From: Octopus vulgaris
Lineage: Eukaryota
Direction: 5' to 3'
Length of the DNA: 64,000 nt
Assembly: GCA_951406725.2 (NCBI GenBank)
Contig: OX597826.1
Span: 81,654,001-81,718,000, forward strand
A program made the translations under genes and the position numbers. Below, piece after piece: positions 1 to 64,000 of the stretch. The notes beneath the pieces are model-generated. The model was not told the DNA's origin. It was given only the letters and a program-made list of their open reading frames with translations, and ran no database searches. Position 1 is the first letter of the stretch; each line of letters starts with the position of its first letter.

Positions 1-2467
1 AATCACTCTTCTACATAGTGTTAGGCCAGTTTGACCAATATAATATTCTCTGCAGTCTTTGTATATCAAAATATATATTGAATATTAGGAGCAACACGGA
101 AAGTTACGTTTGAAATAGATTCTTCCTTGAAATGGAAATCGGAACTTTCTAATAGTTGCTTGCTTCAAAATTCGGTGAATATACTTCCTCACTTTTACAT
201 GCATAGTTTTCCAATGTAGCTTTGCTTGCATCAGTGTCGTTTTTAATTTCGCTTGTCTTTCAAAAGTTCTTTTCAGTGACCTTTTCATCTCCAGGTTTCG
301 ATGTAATATTGATAAGTTTTGATGAATGGTTGCAAAGACTTCACAGTTTTTGGAGTCAAAAGTATAACTTCCTTTTCACATTTCTCTTTTGCATTTCGAA
401 GTACCTCAATATCAATTTGTTTCGCTCATTGAATTTCATTGTTGATTGAATTTAAGAAGTGCATTTCGCTAAGTTGTTGGGAATTTTAATGGCAATCAGC
501 TGAAAGTATATGTCAGTTTATTTCTTTTTATTACTTATGTATCTAAAAAAGAGTTTGTCATTTTCGTATTCCATAGCGAATTAGATGAAAGAATTTTTTC
601 TTGTTTACGATACATTGGCATTCATTTAACTGTTAAAGATTTTCGCTCCATAACATATGAACCTGCACTGTCTTTAAAATGAGACAACTACACTGAAAGA
701 AGAAAATTCCCTTGAATCAACATCCTGATTACCGTGGGGTGCAAACTCGAATTTCTTCTATAGCAGGGTAGCGATTCAACAACAGAAGTGCCGCGAATAA
801 ATAAATAGAATTTATAAGCAAATATCGGCCATCAAAACTGAATGCCTTCTTCTGATCTCTTCCTTTACAGCGTCATTCGACATCGTTTACAAGAAGGGCT
901 TCGAATATCCTAGTTCGAAAGCGATGTCTCTCAAGTGTCCCAGCTTATGTAACAGTGGCTGAAGAGTCAATACATAGAAAAGGATCAAGGGGTTTCTGGT
1001 AATTTCTGATCGATTAACCTTAACATCAATGGCTTCCAGGGCTACATTGTGATTACAAGATTCTACTCTAAAAAGAATTAAAAAAAATATCCCGTTTTAT
1101 TTCTTTTTCTTTTTTTATGTTTCTCGTGAAAAACGCTGGTTATGATTTGAAGAAAACTGGACTGCTTTCTAGCAGGTCAAATAACCACATAAAAACTTTC
1201 TGTTGTTGTTGTTGCTGTGTTTCAGTTTTAGGTAATCTCTGATCTTTAGCATCGCTGATAACACAATCGCGACCATTCCGCCTTCTTCATCGGACATGTT
1301 TATTGCTTAGAGGCTTTTTTCAGTAAAGTGTAAGCATACTGGATTTGTATGCACCAACCCCAGTTCTTATTTTACTCACTGGTACACATTTAATCGATTT
1401 GATAATGATAAAAAGTTGCACTCAGAACGAAATGAAAAAAATCTGTAAACGGAACGGAACTCGACGCAATAATCTTTCTACCAACCACTGCTCCTTATCT
1501 GTGGTTGCATTAGCTAATGTGTCCCTTTTTATATTTAAGCTGTAATTTGAAGGGGATTTGGCTGTTTGTTTTCTAAATTATCGAGCACCCAAGCAACATC
1601 ACTCTCTCTTCGTCTCGTATTTCAAGGAATTTAATGTAGTTTCACGCCAAGTTTGCCCTGATCGACAAGCACTATGAGTCAAAGTATTCTTGTGGTCCCC
1701 ATCTCATCTTCCTGTATGTAGGAAACCAATGAGAGTATTATCCAATGTAATTTTTCTAAAGCGGAAGGCTAGCAGTGAGTTAAGTGAGATTTGACTTAGA
1801 GTTCCTAGCGCGTTAAGAGGCAACACGCACCCATCTTAGTTGGCTTGTATTTCAGAGAAGTAGAGTGACTTCAATATGAAACTTTGCAGAAAGAATAGCG
1901 CATCTATTAGTTACCGTAACTATCACCGAACCTCTCTGTTCCACAAACACCACCAACAATGGCAACAATGAAAATAGCAACAGCACATTATTAGAGCTCG
2001 TACAACAAGCCCTACAACACCACCGTTCTTCGACACATGTGCAAAGGGGGTGGCATAGGGGCTGGTTCTGGTGAGTCGATGCGATAAATTATCCATTCGA
2101 CCATTATGATTTCCTCTGTGAATCGGTAAATCATAAGCAATAAAGATGAAAGAATTTCTTGAAGAAGTTACTGGAAGTTACGACAAAGTAGTCTTTACTG
2201 AAATTACCATGATCTTGGTGGAGGAATAAAATAGAAAGAGACTAAAAAAAAAAAACGCTAGTGCGCGCAGCCCACCCCCAAACGAACTCACACATGCACT
2301 CACACACACACACACACTCGCACGCACATACGAGATTACAAGTACATACAGCAGAAATTGGACTATAAAAAGCGACTGAGAGAGACAAAGAATAATTTTT
2401 TTTCGATCTATCTACAAGAAAAGAATCTTATTTTAACTCCCCTTTTCACGCTCATTTTCTTTATAAT

Positions 2468-3089
2468 ACACACACACACACACACATACATACATACATA
2501 CATACATACATACATACATACATACATACATACATACATACATACATACATACATACATACATACATACATACATACTTATATATTCACGCACATACATA
2601 TGTTTATTAGATATTCTTAAACACTCACGTGTGTGTGCATATTTTTGCGTGTGTATATACATATATTTATACACACACACACACACACATATATACATAC
2701 ATATACATATACGTACATACATGCATACTTGCATACACACATGCGTGTATACATATGTACATACATGGATACATATATATATATGAACGCAGTCGCATGG
2801 CTGAAAGGTATAAAGGAATAAAAGAATCTATTTAAACACATATATATGAGTGAGTAGGAATATGTACATGCGTGTGTATATATATAAATGTATATATATA
2901 TATATATATATACATATGCATACATAAATATATATGTATATATATATATATATGCACATATGCATACATAAATATATATATATACATATATATGCACATA
3001 TGCATACATAAATATATACATATATACATATATATATATTTATATATACATATATACATATACGCACATATGCATACATAAATACATAT

Positions 3090-3130
<41 letters not shown>

Positions 3131-3180
3131 TGCACAAATACATACACTCACACACACACACACCTACACACATATATATG
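2468..3180. repeat. Compound (CA)n/(CATA)n/(TA)n microsatellite block
   Basis: Directly visible; source of the HTYI/YIYI pseudo-ORFs. Confidence 0.95.
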
Positions 3181-3214
3181 TTTGTAAATGTTTGAGAATA
3201 ACTAAAATTCTTAC

Positions 3215-60659
<57,445 letters not shown>

Positions 60660-60899
60660 CTGCAAAATAACTATAAGTAAGTAAACAGCTATAGCTAAGC
60701 ACACACAGTTGCACTTGTGTGCATTACGAGCGAGAAACCCAAAACCAAAATAGCCACTCCGAAGTCGTAGAAATTGTAGGTGTCACTGCGTGGCAAGTGA
60801 TGAGTGTATATATATATATATAAAACTAAAGAGTGGGTGGTATTTCCACGCAGGAATAAAATATAGGAGAATATGTTGTTGAAAATGCACCTAAATTTC

Positions 60900-61990
60900 A
60901 AAACCTCGTAAATGTGTAAAATACATTTATTTACATATATACCAAACTAGTTTCAACAATATTTTTCGTTTGTCAATGGTAAAAGTTTAAAATTAGAAAA
61001 AAAAAAAAACATTTTTAAAAGTTTCAATGTTGACAAATTAACAAGTTCAAAACAGAAGGTGTGAGTCTGAATGTTCATAGCAGTCAATAAAATTAAAACT
61101 GTATATCAATTTGTTCATTAAGTTTTATGGTGGTCGACAAGTCATACTGAAAAAACAAGTGTGAAATGAAAATAGTAAAAAAAAAAGGGGGGTGGAATTT
61201 GGTTTACAGTTTCTCTGATCCTCTTCTAATAGACGCTTTCGCTTGTGATGGTATATTTTGGGATCAGAGGAATTGATAATTTTATTCCGCGAGCGGATCT
61301 GATTTTTGATTCGTTAAAATTCTGGTGACATGTTTTTTTTTCCCGTGGTCAAGCTTGTCGTTTTGCTTGGTTGGTTTCCTTGTGGATACGGTCATAAGTC
61401 GTTCCGGTTGGTTGGTTCTCTTACAGGGTCATGTCGTTGTATTCGCTGAAGTTCGTTTTTGATTGGTCTTTAGTTAGGTGACGTCAGCACCTGGTGTTTG
61501 TAGAATTTCATTGGACTGTAGGTGGGTGACGTCAGCAGTTGATGCTTGTGCGGTGATTTAGAGTTGCGGTTTCGAAACCCGAGTGGAAGATTGTTACTAA
61601 AGTTTTCAGCACATGTTGGTAGAGTAACTCCACCTCTATAGAAACCTGTCTTCTCGATCTTCTTCATGGTAGATAAATAGTAGAGTGCAAACAGAAGCAA
61701 CAAGCGGACAGTCAGTTTTCGGTGAAGAAAGAAGGCAGCATCCACAGAAGGTAACAGAATATTGAGCAAGATGTCAGCACAAATGGATTAAAGTAGAGGA
61801 AAGCAGCATTGAAGACAAAGCAGAGAGTGGGAGACTAAGAGATGCCGTCACTGACATGAGACGCCAGTAGGTGGACGGATTGATTCTGGCAGACAGAGGA
61901 GGAGTCACTATGTGGGAGCTCGCTCTATAAACTGGACTGCTCTCAATGCAGAATAGAAAATGACGAGAAATATTAATTATAGACTTTAAG
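60900..61990 (-). mobile_element. Probable decayed Penelope-like element ending in a degenerate hammerhead motif (60941-60980)
   Basis: Non-microsatellite ORF remnants (61470-61990), an AT-rich 3' region, then ACCA UUGACAA ACGAA..UUGUU GAAAC UA GUU UGGU; family assignment is inference. Confidence 0.45.
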
Positions 61991-63055
61991 TACCGGAAAG
62001 CGTCGCTGTGTACTTGCGCGCGCGATGTCAGTGGATGCCTGTGTATGTAATATGTAAGTGTGTACATACATATATATGTGTGTTTGTATGTGTCAATATA
62101 TATATAGACATACATACATTATTGCAATTGCTATAATATGCTACATGTATGAGTTTATTTATATACGTATGCTTATGGACGTTTGTGCATCCATACATAA
62201 ATTTATAATAAATTGTATTCGATAAATTACTTCAATTATTCCCCTCTGGATGTGAAAGAAGATTTCTCTAATGATATAATATAATTAAACTTTAAAGAAT
62301 TTGCAAACTTTTCCAGTCTGTTCAATATTTTGGCTGCGATGTTGTTCCACTGTTTTTTGAACTGATTATTCTCATTATATTTATGATTAGAGAAATATTT
62401 CGATAACTAAACATTTCACATGTTTTCTGGAAGATAAAATATCATAATTTAACGATTTATTGTTTGTTAGTTTGTGAATTATTAAAAAGAATCTAATATT
62501 ATTAGACGTAGATTTAAAAAAGATAAATACAATAAAATAAACGAACAAAACAAAGCAAAAATAAAAACCATTATGGCAATGATGATGATGATGATGATCT
62601 TGACGATTATGTCGATGTCGACGATGATAATGATAACAATGATGATGATGGTAGTGATGACGATTGCAATGAGAGGGTGAAGGTAATGGTCATGATAATC
62701 ATAATGGTCGTGGTGTCGATGATGGTGATGGTGATGCTGAGGTTAATGGTAAAGATAAAACTTATAATAGGATGATAATATCGGGTGATGCACTCGCAGA
62801 ATCCTCAAAATGCTTTGTTTGGTTTGTTTTGGTTCTCTACGTTTCGAATTGCAATTCAACCGACGCCATCTTTGCCTTTTTCTCGATCACTTGAGGAGGC
62901 ATTTACGTCTGTGTTGGCTCCCTTACAGAAATCGGGTGAGCATCAGTAATTTACAAGATTTGAAGGGATCTCCTGTTCCCTTCTAATATGGAGGGCTGTG
63001 TAAATATGAATATAGTTTTGCAAACTTGAAGCTTCTTCTCTGGTGAATTACTTAA

Positions 63056-63161
63056 TTTCTTATTTCTTTATTGCCCACAATGGGCTAAACGTAGAGGGGA
63101 CAGACAAAGAGATTAAGTCGATTATATCGACCCCAGTGGATAACTGGTACTTAATTTATCG
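63056..63161 (-). mobile_element. SINE family B, 3' fragment
   Basis: tatttctttattgcccacaa..gattaagtcgatta.atcgaccccagtg..taactggtac. Confidence 0.8.
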
Positions 63162-63561
63162 AGTAGTCCACTCCGCTCAAAAGGTTCCTGAATAAGGGTT
63201 GTTTAAAGATGTTGAACGAAACAACCATGTTTTCAAAGGTGAATTATTCAAACCCCAAAGAATTACAACACATAGCTATGACCCTTCCCCATACTTCTGC
63301 TCGTGCTCGGAGATGCACTCATCGTTAACCAATAAGGGATATATGCTCAACTAGTTAAGATCAAACAACTGACAAGCAAATTTGTGGATTGGAGCAGAAT
63401 ATTTGCTGAAGCCCATCTTTTACCCAAAGACCAAACAATATGCATGATAACTCTTCCAATCACTTAAGATCAAAAGCCATGAGAATCACAGCCTGGTACT
63501 GCATTAGGGCATTTATTAATAGTATCATCATCATCATCATCATTATTATTATTATTATTTA

Positions 63562-63905
63562 TTGTCTTTGCATAGCTTCTATCGCTGAAGATGTGCTACG
63601 TTGCCACCTGTTCACTACCAGTGAACTAAGGTAACACTCCTTATTTTTCGAGTACCATCTGGAGTATTCGAGCGGTGCTGTTTTCTGCAAGTGCTCCACC
63701 CTTATTGCAGCCCCTATTTGTTCCATGTACTTCTCAAGAATTTTACTTACAATTCTTAAGGCTCTGATAATTATTGGTACTACAACCACTTTTTTCATCG
63801 ACCACAACTGCTTAACCTCCCAAGCTAACCTGTCATATCTATCGACTTTTCTTTCTTCCTTATCGCGTTGTCAGCTGGGAATGCTATATCTGTGATCCAG
63901 CATCG
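63562..63905 (-). mobile_element. R4/Dong-clade retrotransposon 3' end terminating in (TAA)n/(TGA)n
   Basis: CWITDIAFPAD..; WSMKKVVVVPIIIRALRIVSKILEKYMEQIGAAIRVEHLQKTA; short 3' UTR, then the repeat tract at 63523-63561. Confidence 0.8.
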
Positions 63906-64000
63906 TTTGCTGTTATTATTACTGCTGTTTCTACTTTTAAATTGCACCTTTGTTACAGTCACTCGCTCAGACACGCCCAGCGTCCTGGGCCGAGCGAAGG

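Noticed and set aside
845-960. Strong plus-strand acceptor-like signal (tcttcctttacag at ~870) followed by a short open frame
   Set aside because: No partner exons or recognisable protein; not enough to call a nested antisense gene
2358-3173. Long ORFs rich in [16 protein letters not shown] or THAR (also ~6780-7320, 11917-12276, 18898-19527, 22900-23375, 40570-41300, 54557-55176)
   Set aside because: Translations of microsatellites that lack stop codons; no splice or domain support
1-3214. Search for CUB-D exon 2 here (and for CUB-A exon 2 in 60660-64000)
   Set aside because: No 125-nt CxWxI...DG exon found by eye; these exons probably lie outside the window

Overview
Eukaryotic, AT-rich, microsatellite-saturated genomic DNA; the SINE families, dense (TA)n/(CA)n tracts and multi-kb introns look to me like an Octopus-type cephalopod genome (inference). 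Almost all supplied ORFs are microsatellite or transposon artefacts. The real coding content is one minus-strand gene crossing the whole window: eight GT-AG exons (60510-60659, 50647-50740, 34747-34871, 30248-30400, 27429-27519, 16186-16310, 9162-9314, 3215-3305; 982 nt) that splice in frame into tandem CUB domains (end of CUB-A, complete CUB-B and CUB-C, start of CUB-D). Each domain is a repeated 3-exon phase 1-2-1-1 module of a cubilin/tolloid/DMBT1-like extracellular protein; start and stop lie outside the window. The introns hold tRNA-derived SINEs, mariner, CR1/L2, RTE and R4/Dong remnants, a non-autonomous Helitron and many Penelope-like remnants. The most notable unannotated layer is about eight hammerhead-ribozyme-like motifs (mostly minimal type I, one type II-like) and six foldback hairpins, mostly tied to Penelope-like ends and (TA)n tracts. 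All four motifs on the host pre-mRNA strand carry core lesions, while two antisense copies keep intact core strings.
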